A DNA stretch of 64,000 nt from an uncultured Planctomycetota bacterium (GTDB taxonomy: Bacteria; Planctomycetota; Planctomycetia; Pirellulales; Lacipirellulaceae): assembly GCA_963719315.1 (NCBI GenBank), contig CAVRBU010000003.1:384001-448000 (forward strand), given 5' to 3'. A program made the translations under genes and the position numbers. This document shows, piece by piece, positions 19,225-30,476 of this stretch (positions are counted from its first letter, which is position 1; every line of letters begins with the position of its first letter). The notes below the pieces were generated by a model. It was not told where the DNA came from. It saw only the letters and a list, made by a program, of their open reading frames with translations, and searched no databases.

Positions 19225-21890
19225 ATGACTCGCTGTGCATGCCTTTTCGCTGCGCTAATCGCACTCGCTGCCTCGCCAGCCGCCGCTCAAACGTTCATCG
19301 GCAGCAATTTCACGGGCAGCACATTTGGGATCGACAGCAATTTTCGCACGCCGGATACGATGGGGGCGTCCGGCGTCGATTACTTCGTCGAGTTGATCAA
19401 CGGGCGCTATAGCGTTTATCGCAAAAGCGACGGTGTGCGGGTGCAGACCAGTACGCTGAACGCGTTTTGGAACAACGCGGGGCAACCGCCGTCCGGAATC
19501 AACGGCGCTTTCGATCCGCGGGTGTTGTACGACCCGCACGCGAGGCGTTGGTATGCAGTGGCGGCGGACAACGGAGGCGGCGCCAACAACTATTTGTTTG
19601 CCGTTTCCAGCTCGTCCGATCCGACACAGCCTTGGACCGCGTTCAAAATCGATTCCGATACCGACGACAGCAACTGGGCCGATTTTCCGATGATCGGCTA
19701 CAATCCAGAGGCCGTAATTCTCTCGGCCAATATGTCGCCGCTCACGGCGCTTTCTACAAGGATGTCATTTGTCGTGATCCCAAAGTCGAGCCTGTTGCAG
19801 CCGGTGCCAACCACGACAGGCATGACATTGCTGGAAGACGTGCCGCCGCCGGCGTTCACCAACGCCTTGACGCCGCAGCTAGCCGTCGATGCGAGCAACT
19901 TAATCGGCATCAACACAGAATTGCCGGTTTTGATGCACGATTTCGGCGCGGGAACCGTGTATCGCGCGGAAATCGTTTCGCCCGGCGCACCGTCGGTTGT
20001 GAACGTCGGCACGGTTGGTGTGCCGGCTGCCGGGAACCCGCCAACCGTCGATCAACCGGGGCCCAAGCAAAACATCGAAGCCAACGACGGCCGGGTCAGC
20101 GCGACCACGGTGATGAGTAACGGTCAGATCTACGCCGTGCAGTGCATCGACAATGGAGGGCTGGCGTCGGTGCGATATATGCGGATCGATGAGGCGACGA
20201 ATGCCGTTTTGGAAAGTCAGACCATTGTTGACCCGGCCGGTCGGGCGCTAACGTTTCCTTCGATCGCCGTCAACGAGTTCGGCGACGTGGTGATCGGCGT
20301 CACTGGGACGAGCACCACGGAGTTCGCCAGCAGCTATGCGATGGTCGGCAACTCCTCCAGCGGCATTACGAACTTCGCTCCGCCGATACTGCTGAAGGCG
20401 GGCGTCTCCGACTATGAAGTATTGGACTCGCAGAACCGCAACCGTTGGGGTGATTACAGTTCGACCACCGTCGACCCGGCCGATCCTGGCATCTTTTGGA
20501 CGAGCCAGGAGTATGTTAGTTCGACGGACCATTGGTCGACCCAGGTGACCGAATTGATCGTGTTGCAACCGAACGAAGCGCGTTGGACGGATGCCGGCGG
20601 CGGCACGTTTGACGACCCGACGAAGTGGCAGACGGCAAGCGGCGGTCTGCCGCTCTCCAGCGACCAGCTCATCTTTAGCCGCGCGACGGATCTTAGCGGG
20701 GTGTCGACGACGATCGTTTTCCCGCCTCAACCGCCCGGTGTGTATGCCTATCAAGCGCTGAGTGCTCGCCAGGGCGATGTTCGGCTCGACCTGGCCGGAA
20801 GTCAGTTGGACCTGGCGTTGCATGTGGAAGTGGGCCCCTATAACGGGCAGCCGCTGCTCACGATCGCAAACGGCACGGTGAATTCGGTGGTTGGCGTCGT
20901 AGCACCGCGGCCAACGTCGGAAGCGTACCTGGTACTGGATAATACGCACTGGACGGTCAACAGCGTGACGGTCGGCAGCGCACGGCGCCGTCGGCTTGCT
21001 GTGGCCTGCCCGGCGCTACGGGTGGTGTCGGCACGCTGACGATTGATAACAATTCGCGGGTCGATGTCGCCGGAACACTCACGATCTGGGGGCATGCCAC
21101 GGTCAACCTGGTCGATGGCGTGCTCTCGGCCGATACCATTCTGGAACTCGCGCCGCCGCTGCACGGTGGCGGAGGTTTCGGCTTGAATTTTACGGGCGGC
21201 ACGCTTGATGTGCACAAATTCGATGGAGTGCTGATCAACTCTGGCGGCACGCTCGCCCCCGGCGGCAATGGCTCGATCGGAAGCACCAACGTCAACTTCG
21301 GCTACTCGCAGCTCGCCGGCTCGGTGCTGGACATCGATATCGGCGGCACGGCGAGCGGCCAGTTCGATCAACTGACCGTGGGCGGCGGCGCCGATTTTGA
21401 TGGTGCGCTCGACATCGCCTTGTTCGGCGGTTTCACGCCGAGCTTGAGCGACACGTTTCCCATCGTGCAGGCCGGCAATATCCCGCTCACCAGTTTGGCC
21501 AATCTGCTGACTCATAGCACATTCACCAACATCACCAACAAGCTCATTTGGCATTTGTTCTATGACCCGACCGCGCTGACGTTGGCCGTGGTGCCGGCGC
21601 TGACCGGTGACTTCAACGGCAACGGCATTGTCGACGCGGCCGACTACGTAGTGTGGCGCAACTCGCAAGGACAAACGGGCATTGGCCTTGCCGCGGATAG
21701 CAACTTTGATGAGCAGGTCAATTTCGTCGACTATCTCATGTGGCGGCTCCACTTCGGCCAGGCCGTGCCGGGCAGCGGCGCGGGCGCCGGTGAACAGGCT
21801 GCAGTGCCGGAACCGGGGTCGCTCGCGCTGGTGGTCTTGGCAATCGTCGCGCTGCTTGCCGCGCCACACCGCAAAGGCGGTTCGCGCTGA
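19225..21890 (+). CDS. Large secreted PEP-CTERM protein (frameshift at about 20981)
   Basis: Signal peptide, PDTMGA, FDPRVLYD, RWGDYS; beta-helix-like Gly/Thr repeats continue in the shifted frame into 21120-21890; VPEP. Confidence 0.75.
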
Positions 21891-22027
21891 CACGGATGCA
21901 ATCGTCTGCCGTGGAATTGCGAGTGCTTCCTGGTGTTGCTCGTTACCCGCGATCGTGATGTGACTCGGGCGGTTTGCAAAACGGGGAGGTGCGCGGTGGA
22001 AAGGAATTGGGGGTTGACGGACGGTGA

Positions 22028-22246
22028 TTAGCCGACGGCCCTGGCGTGCGCAATTTCGCGCGGCTCGATGGGCCGCAATTGGTCGTGGCGCAACGAAACG
22101 ACAGCCAGCGTCTCTCCTTCGAGAGTGACAAATTCCACTTCGCAGCCCTCGCGGTCGTGAACCAGCACAATCGTGCCAACGTCTCCAGCACTCAACCCGT
22201 ACTCGGGCAAGTCCGTCGTCAACACAGCCGATTGCAGTTCTTTCAT
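22028..22246 (-). CDS. DUF4926 protein
   Basis: DLPEYGLSAGDVGTIV...EVEF...GET. Confidence 0.8.
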   Translation of the reverse strand: MKELQSAVLTTDLPEYGLSAGDVGTIVLVHDREGCEVEFVTLEGETLAVVSLRHDQLRPIEPREIAHARAVG

Positions 22247-22276
22247 CGCTTTTGAAGATGTTGAGGTGTTCGTATT

Positions 22277-22477
22277 CTAGGGTTCGTCGGCAGACGCCTG
22301 TCGTTCGATTTCGTCGATCGTGGTTTGATCGACCCAGGCGTGCCGTTGCCGGGCATAATCTCCGTTGCCCGTCTCAAACTGCTGCAAGAAGCGGGTCATA
22401 TCGGCCCGTCCAAGCCGTTCACGCAAGGCTTGTAGTCCCTCTTGTCGGACTTCATCCAGGGTTCGCTACGTCTTCAT
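22277..22477 (-). pseudogene. Small antitoxin-like gene with a stop at codon 4
   Basis: Manual translation MKT*RTLDEVRQEGLQALRERLGRADMTRFLQQFETGNGDYARQRHAW; resembles partners of PIN toxins (from memory). Confidence 0.55.
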
Positions 22478-22503
22478 GCGATTGGCCGAAAAATGGACCG
22501 CGA

Positions 22504-22722
22504 CTAAGATGTTCTCACTGGCGCGGTATGGAGGACAATCAATTCGTCGCCCGCCAAGGGCAGCATCGCATACGTTTTCCCTTCATCATCCGAAAACTCG
22601 ACTTCAAACATGCCGGGCGATAAGACCTCGACTATTGTGCCAACCTGACCGCGCACTAAACCATCGTTTGGTCGATCATGGACCAACGCAACCACGTCGA
22701 GAAGCTGGATCGGCGCGTTCAT
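22504..22722 (-). CDS. DUF4926 protein
   Basis: LLDVVAL...GLVRGQVGTIVE...FEVEFSDDEGKTYA. Confidence 0.85.
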   Translation of the reverse strand: MNAPIQLLDVVALVHDRPNDGLVRGQVGTIVEVLSPGMFEVEFSDDEGKTYAMLPLAGDELIVLHTAPVRTS

Positions 22723-22733
22723 TTCGATTCCCA

Positions 22734-23066
22734 TTACACCACGTAAGCGCTCACAAACCTCGGAAAATCCTCGCTCGTCCGTACGATCCACGCCGTGCGC
22801 ACTTGCGCTTGGCCCGTCGGTCCTGATAATAGACATTCTATCACGTAACGCTGGCCGTGCACATTCGGCGGCACCTGAAGAGCCTCGTCGTTGGCGGCCG
22901 CGTCGAAAAGCTGTTCGCGCATCAATTCCGCGTTTTCAGCAGTGAACCCACACGAGGCACGGAACACGCGGGCTTTGTGCTTTCCGCGGGGATGGTCCGG
23001 GTTGAGGCAGTAGTCGGTGAGCTTTTCCAGATCGATCACCGCTTGCTGGCCGTTAGGGAGTTTCAT
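22734..23066 (-). CDS. DUF6883 protein (putative toxin domain)
   Basis: MKLPN...KLTDYCLNPDHPRGKHKARVF...VRTAWI...PRFVSAYV; paired with DUF4926. Confidence 0.8.
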   Translation of the reverse strand: MKLPNGQQAVIDLEKLTDYCLNPDHPRGKHKARVFRASCGFTAENAELMREQLFDAAANDEALQVPPNVHGQRYVIECLLSGPTGQAQVRTAWIVRTSEDFPRFVSAYVV

Positions 23067-23199
23067 TTCGTCGCCGCCTCCACTAAGGCGATTTCGGCGT
23101 CGGTGAGGTTGTAGAGTTGGTAGACGAGTCGGCCGATCTCGGCGTCGGAGTGCTCGATTTGGCGCTGGAGGGCGGTTCGCTCGTGGTCGGTGCGGCTTT
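23063..23199 (-). pseudogene. Orphan duplicate of the R-M gene 3' tail
   Basis: RTDHERTALQRQIEHSDAEIGRLVYQLYNLTDAEIALVEAATK*; 32 bp identical at 23160-23191 and 24176-24207. Confidence 0.85.
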
Positions 23200-23251
23200 A
23201 CCTCTATACACACGGTAGCGCCAAGAGTGTACCTACGTCGCCGCTGGATAT

Positions 23252-24079
23252 TCAAGAAGTCAGCGGCCGTTTTAGGCTCTCAAGTTCCGCTGCTTCTCGT
23301 TGTGTATTCTCTCGGGCTTCACGCTCAAAATTCTCGACCTTCAGCCGTAGGAAAGCTTCCGGATTTCGTTCGCAATGGTAATGGTGATGTCGCATTTTGA
23401 GTTCTTCTTCCGCCGTCTGTTTTTCATGCTCGCTCGGTTTGATGTAACCAAGTAGCTTCAAAGCGCCATGAATGGCCTTGCCTATGCCATAAGCAACAAT
23501 GATAAAACCAAGGGCCGGACTTGCAAAACCCAGGAATGCTACCAAAGTTGGCACGGCAACGCCCCACGCGGCAATTACAAGTATTCCGAGTCGAATGGTC
23601 TTGGCGCGTTGAACGGCCTTGATGCGCCGTTCTTCCTTGGTACTACACGGAACGTTATCATAGATGTTCACTAATTGCGGTTCGCGGAGCGGCCCTAAGG
23701 AGAACTCCTCATTCTTCAGCGTTTTCCAGTGTCGGACCAATTTGCCATCTTCGACGAGTCCGATCAAATGGTCGCATGTTCGCACTCCCTCGAGAGGGAT
23801 AACGCTCTCAGCATCATCGAATGCAGTAACCATTAAAGGGACGGGATATCGTTGAATCCATGTGTTGCATTCGTTCTCCATGATTTCCGCAATCTCGGAT
23901 GATCCCAGATGCTCAAGAATGACCACACTAAGTGATGCAAAATACCCGCCGGGCCATGTTGGCACGTACTCGACAAAATACTTGCCGCGATGTTCCTTAA
24001 TGGTCTTAAAGATGAGTCCTTTCTCATGTGCTTTCGATGCTCGTAAATCACGGTCGGACGCATTCGCTTCGCCGCTCAT
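23252..24079 (-). CDS. Hypothetical protein with a C-terminal 2-TM hairpin
   Basis: 275 aa, AT-richer than flanks, ATGA-coupled to the R-M gene. Confidence 0.75.
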   Translation of the reverse strand: MSGEANASDRDLRASKAHEKGLIFKTIKEHRGKYFVEYVPTWPGGYFASLSVVILEHLGSSEIAEIMENECNTWIQRYPVPLMVTAFDDAESVIPLEGVRTCDHLIGLVEDGKLVRHWKTLKNEEFSLGPLREPQLVNIYDNVPCSTKEERRIKAVQRAKTIRLGILVIAAWGVAVPTLVAFLGFASPALGFIIVAYGIGKAIHGALKLLGYIKPSEHEKQTAEEELKMRHHHYHCERNPEAFLRLKVENFEREARENTQREAAELESLKRPLTS

Positions 24080-27059
24080 CGTGTTGTCCCCTTCTGCACT
24101 AATGCAATTTCTTCGCCTGTCAGGCCGTACAGCTCATACACCAGCCGGTCGATTTCCGCGTCGGTGTGTTCGATCTGGCGCTGGAGGGCGGTTCGCTCGT
24201 GGTCGGTCCGGGCTGTCGACCGTCGTTTGGCGAGCTCAATGGCGTGGCTGCCATGCTCGTGGAGTGATGTGTCATCAATCGTCGCCGGATCGACGGGCAG
24301 CTTGTTAATATATTGATTGAACAAGCGGTATGCCCCGCCACGGTTTGCGGGGCAGTGGCGTGTTATCCAAAACCAAGCGAGCTTGGAATTCAAATAGGCG
24401 AGCAACGCTACATTACTTGTGGGGATACAGAATGCGGTATTGCTTGGATAGGATCCATCGACATTCAGCGCGAACTTAGGACGTGAGGCCAAGTCGGGGT
24501 ACATTATTTTCGGTCGTTCGAAAATGTCGGTGTGCGCCACCTGTCGTATCACCCACCAGTCGTAATCTCCACGGCGTACCTCATAGCGATCGCGAAGTTT
24601 CTTCTGATGTTGCAATAGATATCGTTTCACCGAGGGAAACTCGTCGATGTCGATTGCTTCGCGAGTGCAAACTAAGAATTGGCCGTTCGTTTCTGTAAGC
24701 CATCTGGTAATGTCGCGTCCTCGCGTAAACGGCCGAAGTATTTCGCGTGCGCGCTCGTTTTGCCGGACCATTTCTGCGGCACTTCTCTGGTCGATCACAA
24801 ATACTTCGTTGAGACTCGTCTTTACTCCTAGCTGTGCCTCGCCAGCCATAGCGGCAAGTTGTGGATGCGCGGCTAGCCTTTCGAGGAGTAACTGTTGCGT
24901 CTTTGGGACAAGCAGCCATTGTGGAGACGAAAGTGCTGAAACGGGTACTGAGTAAGCATTGCGTTGGACGTCACGGGGCAACAGTCCAGTCGAAGGCGTT
25001 GCGCGAGAATACATCAACGAATCGCGCTTCGTGACTGCGTTTTTTTTCGCTATTAAAATTACGGGGTACGTCGTTGCTCCATGAAACAATTGCATGTCGC
25101 CGTAGTCAATGATGCTTTGAAACACAAAGTTAGAAAGGTACTTCCGGGCAGCAACTCCATAACCTGCGTGTACGAATTTGCCAGAACAAATTACACCCAA
25201 CATTCCGGATTGACGAAGCAAATAAAGGCCGCGTTCAAGGAAGTACACATACAAGTCAGCTAAACCATGAAACGATTCATATTTGGAACTGAAGTATTGT
25301 TTGAATGCCGAAACACCCTCTTGTCGAACGTATGGCGGATTTCCAATCACCGTCTCGAACCCAGGGTTGTCGCCAGCGAAGATATCCCGAAAGCCGAATT
25401 TACCTTTCCAATCGAAGGCGTTGATACGCAGCATTTCATCTTCGTCGAACAAGTCGCGTTGTTTGCCTTCGTAAAAGTCGGGGCCGATTAGGCTGTTGCC
25501 GCATTTGATGTTGCCATTTAGGTCGGGCAGCACCGTTCTTTGTGAAACGCTTCGAGCTGGCGGAGCGTGGCCTGGGTTTCGCCTTCGAGGACTTTTAACA
25601 GCAGCGAGAGCTTCGTGACCTCGACGGCTTGCGAATCGATATCCACGCCGTAGATGTGGGAGAGCAGGATTCGCTTGCGCTCGGCGGTGGTGAGCCGCCA
25701 ATCGCCGGTGGCGGATTGGTAGATGCGCGGGTTCGCGCCGCGATGGTGCGGTTTCGGGTCGTCGGCCGTGTATTGCTTGAGATACCAGTCGAGCAGAAAT
25801 TGATAGGCGACGATCAGAAACGAACCGCTGCCGCAGGCCGGGTCGAGCACGGTTAACGGCCGAGAATTCTTAGCAGGCTTGTAGGTGGTGGTGAGTCCGC
25901 CGACTTCTTGGGGCGTTTTGCCTTCGACCAGTTTGCCGACGCCCGCCTTGCGGACTTCCGGCTTCTCTTCGATTTTGGCCCGGTGGCCGGCGGTGAGGCG
26001 AATTACTTTGCCCAGGAACTGCTCGTAGACCTGGCCGAGGATATCGGCCGGCAGGGCCGCGAACTCGTAGGGGCTGTCTGGATAATAGAGCCGCCGCAAG
26101 ATCTCTTTCAAGACTTTGTCGTCGACGATGAGGCTTGGCGTAAGCTCATCGGGCTCCTGGCGATCTTTTTCCTTCTGGAAGTGGAACAGGCCGGAGTTAA
26201 ATTTTTCGTCGGCGCGGTGAAAGATTTCGACGAGGCGGGGATAGACGCGGTCGCCGTTGAGCAGCGATTGCAGCCGGCCGTAAGGCTCGATGTCGCGGCC
26301 TTCGCACATGCGGAGGAAGATGATGCGGTCGATGATGAGCTGCACGGCGGCGTTCAGCTCGCGATCGGTGATCGATTCGTTCCGCAAGCTGAGATTTTTT
26401 GCCAGCGATTCGCGCCAGGATTCGATTTCTTCCAAAAAGGCTTCGTCGACTTCGGCAGTGCCGCGTTTTTTCTTGGTCGAGCCGGCGAAGTCGTCGAACC
26501 GGCCTTTAAGGACCGCTTCACGAGAGAAGATGCCGGCGACTTCGCCCCAGCGGTCGATGTAGTCGGTGTAGCTAAGGAGCATGACGCGAGCGGTGGCGGC
26601 GCTGTCGTCTTTGTCTGGCTTGATGCGACAATCGTAGACGGCGAATTCCTCGAAGTCGGTGAGGATCGAGAGGGGCAGCTTGGCCGTCCAGGCGTAGCGC
26701 CGCAGTTGGAATGCGGGGCCCACGTCGCTTTTGATATCGACGGCCGGCTTCTTGGCCTCGACGAAGAATTTCGGCACCGGGCCGATGCGGATGCAGTAGT
26801 CGGGCGCTTTGACAGTCTTCTCGACGCGCAGGCCTTGTTCCAGGATTACGTCGCGGTAGTTTTCGTGGATCCCGGCGCGGTTGTAGATGTCCCAGCCGAG
26901 TGCGATCAGGAAGGGATCGAGAAAATCTTGCCGAAGTTGCGTTTCGTTGTAATTGCCGCGGTGATAGGTATCGCGATGCTCGGCGAATTTTTCGACCAGA
27001 TCGCGAATTTCGCGTGGGGCAGTGGTGGAAGCTGGCTTCGAGTCGGACTTTTTGGCCAT
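24076..27059 (-). pseudogene. Type IIG (Eco57I-like) restriction-modification enzyme, apparently damaged
   Basis: NETQLR..LGWD, PDY, EAKKP, DPACGSGSFL, GNPPY, C-terminal TRD; frameshift at about 25534; GxxYTP motif X absent at about 25940. Confidence 0.85.
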
Positions 27060-27290
27060 GGCATAGGTGAGGGACGACAGGTTCGTTGGCGGCTGCGATT
27101 TGCGCTCTCCTCGCCACGGCGAGTCTATGACCGGCGGGAGAGGGAGCATTGGTTCGCGGCCAGTTTAGCGAACGTCGCAGACGAATGCCAGGATTGGCGC
27201 GGGAGCTTGCGGCGCACCGACAAGCGGCCGGGCAGAGTTGATGATCGTGGCGGTGCACAATCGGCCGACAATCGGCGCCGCGCGACTTTG

Positions 27291-30134
27291 TCACTCCAAC
27301 CCGTAGGCACCGACGGGCGGAATCTCGATGCCGGTTTTGCGGGTGACGTTGAGGTTGGGCAGGAACCGGGGCTCGATGAGGAAATGGGCGCCGACCGTGC
27401 CTTTGGATTCGTCCACGTTCGCGCCGACGGTGGTGATGAGCGATTCACCGATGCGGCTAAAGGCGACGAACTGGCCAATGTTACCGGTTGGGCCGAAGTC
27501 GATGCTCGAGCTGACCGAGCCGATCCACTTCTGGCTCATGCGGTAGTTGATGGTCGCATTGAGGACGTCGGCCTCGAACAGGCCGGTGGCGGCGCGGAAA
27601 CCGAGATAGAAGTTTCCGGTCCGCGGTCGATTGACCAAGAGACCGATTGAGGCCGTCTTGAGGGCGTCGCCGAACGTGTCGGCGTAGCCATCGGAGAGGA
27701 TCGAGAAACGATCGCCCAGGTACCAGTGCAGATCGTAGTCGAGCAGGCCGACCTCCTGGCCGGCATTGTCGCGATTGGCGTCCGGAAACACCGTGGCGTT
27801 GGCGTCGAACGTTACCCAATCGACGATCCGCTGGTCATCCGGGCCGCCGTGCTTGGTCTGCAGGCGATGATGCATGCCGAGGCGGAGGGCGGTAAGGTCG
27901 TCGGCGATTTCGCTGGAAGGGGACGTGACCCAATCCTGCAGGCCGGAGCGGAGGGCCACGAACCGCGGGTCGAATTTGGTATCGATGAACGAAGGCGCAC
28001 CGGGGATATAATACACGCCGGCAAGCGTGCCGGCGAATTGTGGACCGCCGAACGGCGAAAAGAACAGCCGGCGACGGAAGTCTTCGATCGAGTTATCGTC
28101 CAATTCATCGTAGAGCGGAAAGCGGTTGAGGCTCTGCGTGGCATCGGCCCACGAGAACTGGGCATCGAACACCACCTTGTGGGCCAAACCGTTCAAATTG
28201 AAGAGCGCGTTGCGGATCGTGGGGTCGGCATACCAGAACGGAATGCTGGCGCGGACGCCGGCGTTGACGAAAGCGCGATCGACGGGGTCGCCGTTGATGT
28301 CCTGGCCCCAATGGCCGAGTTCGCCGAGCGCGAAGGGCACGACCTTGAACGGCGCGAAGTCGAGCGGCCAATCGAGCTCTTGCCGGGTAATGAGCCGCTC
28401 GCCCTGGCCCGTGATTGGGTTGCCGAGACTATCTTCTTCCCACGGGAATAGTTCGAACTCTGACGCCAACTGCGGATTCGAGGGAGTCGTGGCGATGCCG
28501 ATGTTGGCATACGCAAGGTTCGAGTGCTCGAACCAAGTGAGGTTGTCGTCGATGAGCGGTTCGCCGAGCCAGTAGTGGTCGAGGCGCGGCAGCCACTGGG
28601 TTTGCGTGAAGAAGTCGTTCAAGCGGACGTTGGACTCAACCGAGAGCGACTGGTTGTCGTACGTCCGCTTGAGTCGCACGCCGGTGAGCTGGTCCTTGTT
28701 CTGGTCCCACTCTTGTTCGTAGTACTCTTCGAGGAACGTGCGGTCGCTAAGCCAGCCGACTTCGGCTTGCACGGTCCAGTCGTCGAGCGGGCCGCCGATG
28801 AGGTGCTGTTGATGGTTCCAGAACATGCGGCCGCGGAATTGCGCTTCGGGCACAATGTGGCGGCGATCGAGGCCCAGATTATCGATCCCCGTGTCGTTGA
28901 TAAACCACACATCGGCCCGGCCGGTCGTGGGGCCATCGAGCACGAAGAAGGAATCGCGAGCGTACTCGACGCCGCTGCCGTAACCGAACCCGCGCAGGCT
29001 TAGGTAGTCGAGGTCGAGGTTCCACTTCACGCCGTCGGGCGCTTGGATGCCGGTGAGTTGGAAGGCGTCGAGCTCGACGAGCGCCTGGTAGCCGAAGATC
29101 GAGTCGTGGCGGAAGCGGAAGTTGTTGATGTAGTAGCTGGGTTTCTCCAGATCGGTGGCGAGCGTGGGCCAGTAGAATACGGGCACATCGCCGACATAGA
29201 GGAAGTTGCTTTTGGCCTCGGCCATACGCCGGTGCGTGGCAACCGGGCGACCCGTGGCGGGATCGATGGCCGGCACGCCGGTGATCGGATCGACCAGAGG
29301 TTGCTGCAGGTCCTCGAACGTGATCTGGTCGGAGGTGAACGCATAGCTGGGATCTTCGAGCCGGCTGGTGGTGACGAGGCCGTTCTCGGCGACGAAGTGG
29401 GCGTTGTCGAGTTGGCGAATTGCAGCCGCCCGAAGCCGGACGATGCCGGCATACGAAGCGTTGTTGATTTGCGGTACGGATGCGATCAACTCGCCGTTCA
29501 GGATCACGCCGATCTGGCGGCGGACATCGTAGAACATGCGGTCGGCGTACACGGTGCGGTCGCCTTGGCGGAAAACGATGTTGCCTTCCATGTAGATTTC
29601 GAGCGGCGTCTCGCTGGATTGGGTCGCGCCGCCGCCGAGGCCGGCATTCAAGTCGCCGACTCCCCATATGACGACGCGGTCGGTTTCGATGTCAATGTCG
29701 CCGAGCGGACCGAACGTGGCGGGAAGGCCGTCGACGGAAAGACCTTGCACAACGACGTTGACGCCGCCGCTGAGCACCATCACTTGTTCGCCCTGCGGCG
29801 TGGTGAACGATTCAGCGTTCGGCCCCATGCCTTCGGAACGCGGCATGATTTTTATGCTGCGAAAGCTGGACCGCGGCGGCGCGGTCGATTGCGGCGCGGG
29901 CACGGTTTGCAGCGGCGTGAACGGGGTTGCCGGCAATTGAGCCGTTTGGATGGCAGCATCGACGGGCGGCAGACGCGTGACCGGCGCGGCGGCGGGCGGT
30001 TGGGCGACCACACGGGTGCTACTGGTTCCGCCAGTGACGATTGATATTGCGCACAGCACTGGCAGAGCCAGTGGCAACCAGCGCGCACGGGGAGCGCAGC
30101 GGTTGCGGCGAGGCGCTCGGGGGCGCCGTTGCAT
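27291..30134 (-). CDS. lptD: LPS-assembly protein LptD/OstA-like
   Basis: IYMEGNIVFRQG..ADRMFYD, VPVFYWP, aromatic-rich beta-barrel-like region, SDRTFLEEYY. Confidence 0.7.
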   Translation of the reverse strand: MQRRPRAPRRNRCAPRARWLPLALPVLCAISIVTGGTSSTRVVAQPPAAAPVTRLPPVDAAIQTAQLPATPFTPLQTVPAPQSTAPPRSSFRSIKIMPRSEGMGPNAESFTTPQGEQVMVLSGGVNVVVQGLSVDGLPATFGPLGDIDIETDRVVIWGVGDLNAGLGGGATQSSETPLEIYMEGNIVFRQGDRTVYADRMFYDVRRQIGVILNGELIASVPQINNASYAGIVRLRAAAIRQLDNAHFVAENGLVTTSRLEDPSYAFTSDQITFEDLQQPLVDPITGVPAIDPATGRPVATHRRMAEAKSNFLYVGDVPVFYWPTLATDLEKPSYYINNFRFRHDSIFGYQALVELDAFQLTGIQAPDGVKWNLDLDYLSLRGFGYGSGVEYARDSFFVLDGPTTGRADVWFINDTGIDNLGLDRRHIVPEAQFRGRMFWNHQQHLIGGPLDDWTVQAEVGWLSDRTFLEEYYEQEWDQNKDQLTGVRLKRTYDNQSLSVESNVRLNDFFTQTQWLPRLDHYWLGEPLIDDNLTWFEHSNLAYANIGIATTPSNPQLASEFELFPWEEDSLGNPITGQGERLITRQELDWPLDFAPFKVVPFALGELGHWGQDINGDPVDRAFVNAGVRASIPFWYADPTIRNALFNLNGLAHKVVFDAQFSWADATQSLNRFPLYDELDDNSIEDFRRRLFFSPFGGPQFAGTLAGVYYIPGAPSFIDTKFDPRFVALRSGLQDWVTSPSSEIADDLTALRLGMHHRLQTKHGGPDDQRIVDWVTFDANATVFPDANRDNAGQEVGLLDYDLHWYLGDRFSILSDGYADTFGDALKTASIGLLVNRPRTGNFYLGFRAATGLFEADVLNATINYRMSQKWIGSVSSSIDFGPTGNIGQFVAFSRIGESLITTVGANVDESKGTVGAHFLIEPRFLPNLNVTRKTGIEIPPVGAYGLE

Positions 30135-30476
30135 CGAAATTGGTTTACGCGACGAGATCAGACCGGCGTCCTTGCCAGGAAAAGTGCGCACGCGGCGCGT
30201 CGATTGTCGGCCGCTTCGCGTAACGCAAAGCGGCGCCGACAATTAGAAATAGCCGCGGCGAAAAATGCGGCGGATTATAAGAGCGGGGCGCGCTAGCGGT
30301 CAATTGCGGTTCGTGGCGATAGCAGGCATCGTAAGGTGTGGGCTGGCAATGGTTTGCAAGAGAAGGGCTCACCCCAAGGCGCTGAGGCGCAAAGGAGAAC
30401 TGCGAATGGGCCGTATTGGGTGCTGAAAAACTACAAGCGTTCCGCAAGCGGAAAGATGATGCGATAGCTTGATTAT

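Noticed and set aside
25520..25545. Programmed frameshift or phase-variable tract in the R-M gene
   Set aside because: No slippery heptamer or long homopolymer; same CGG(G) context as other probable sequencing indels
25908..27650. Long antisense ORFs (also 17375-18970, 13164-14426, 44612-45838, 5297-6436)
   Set aside because: Shadow frames of well-supported genes in high-GC DNA
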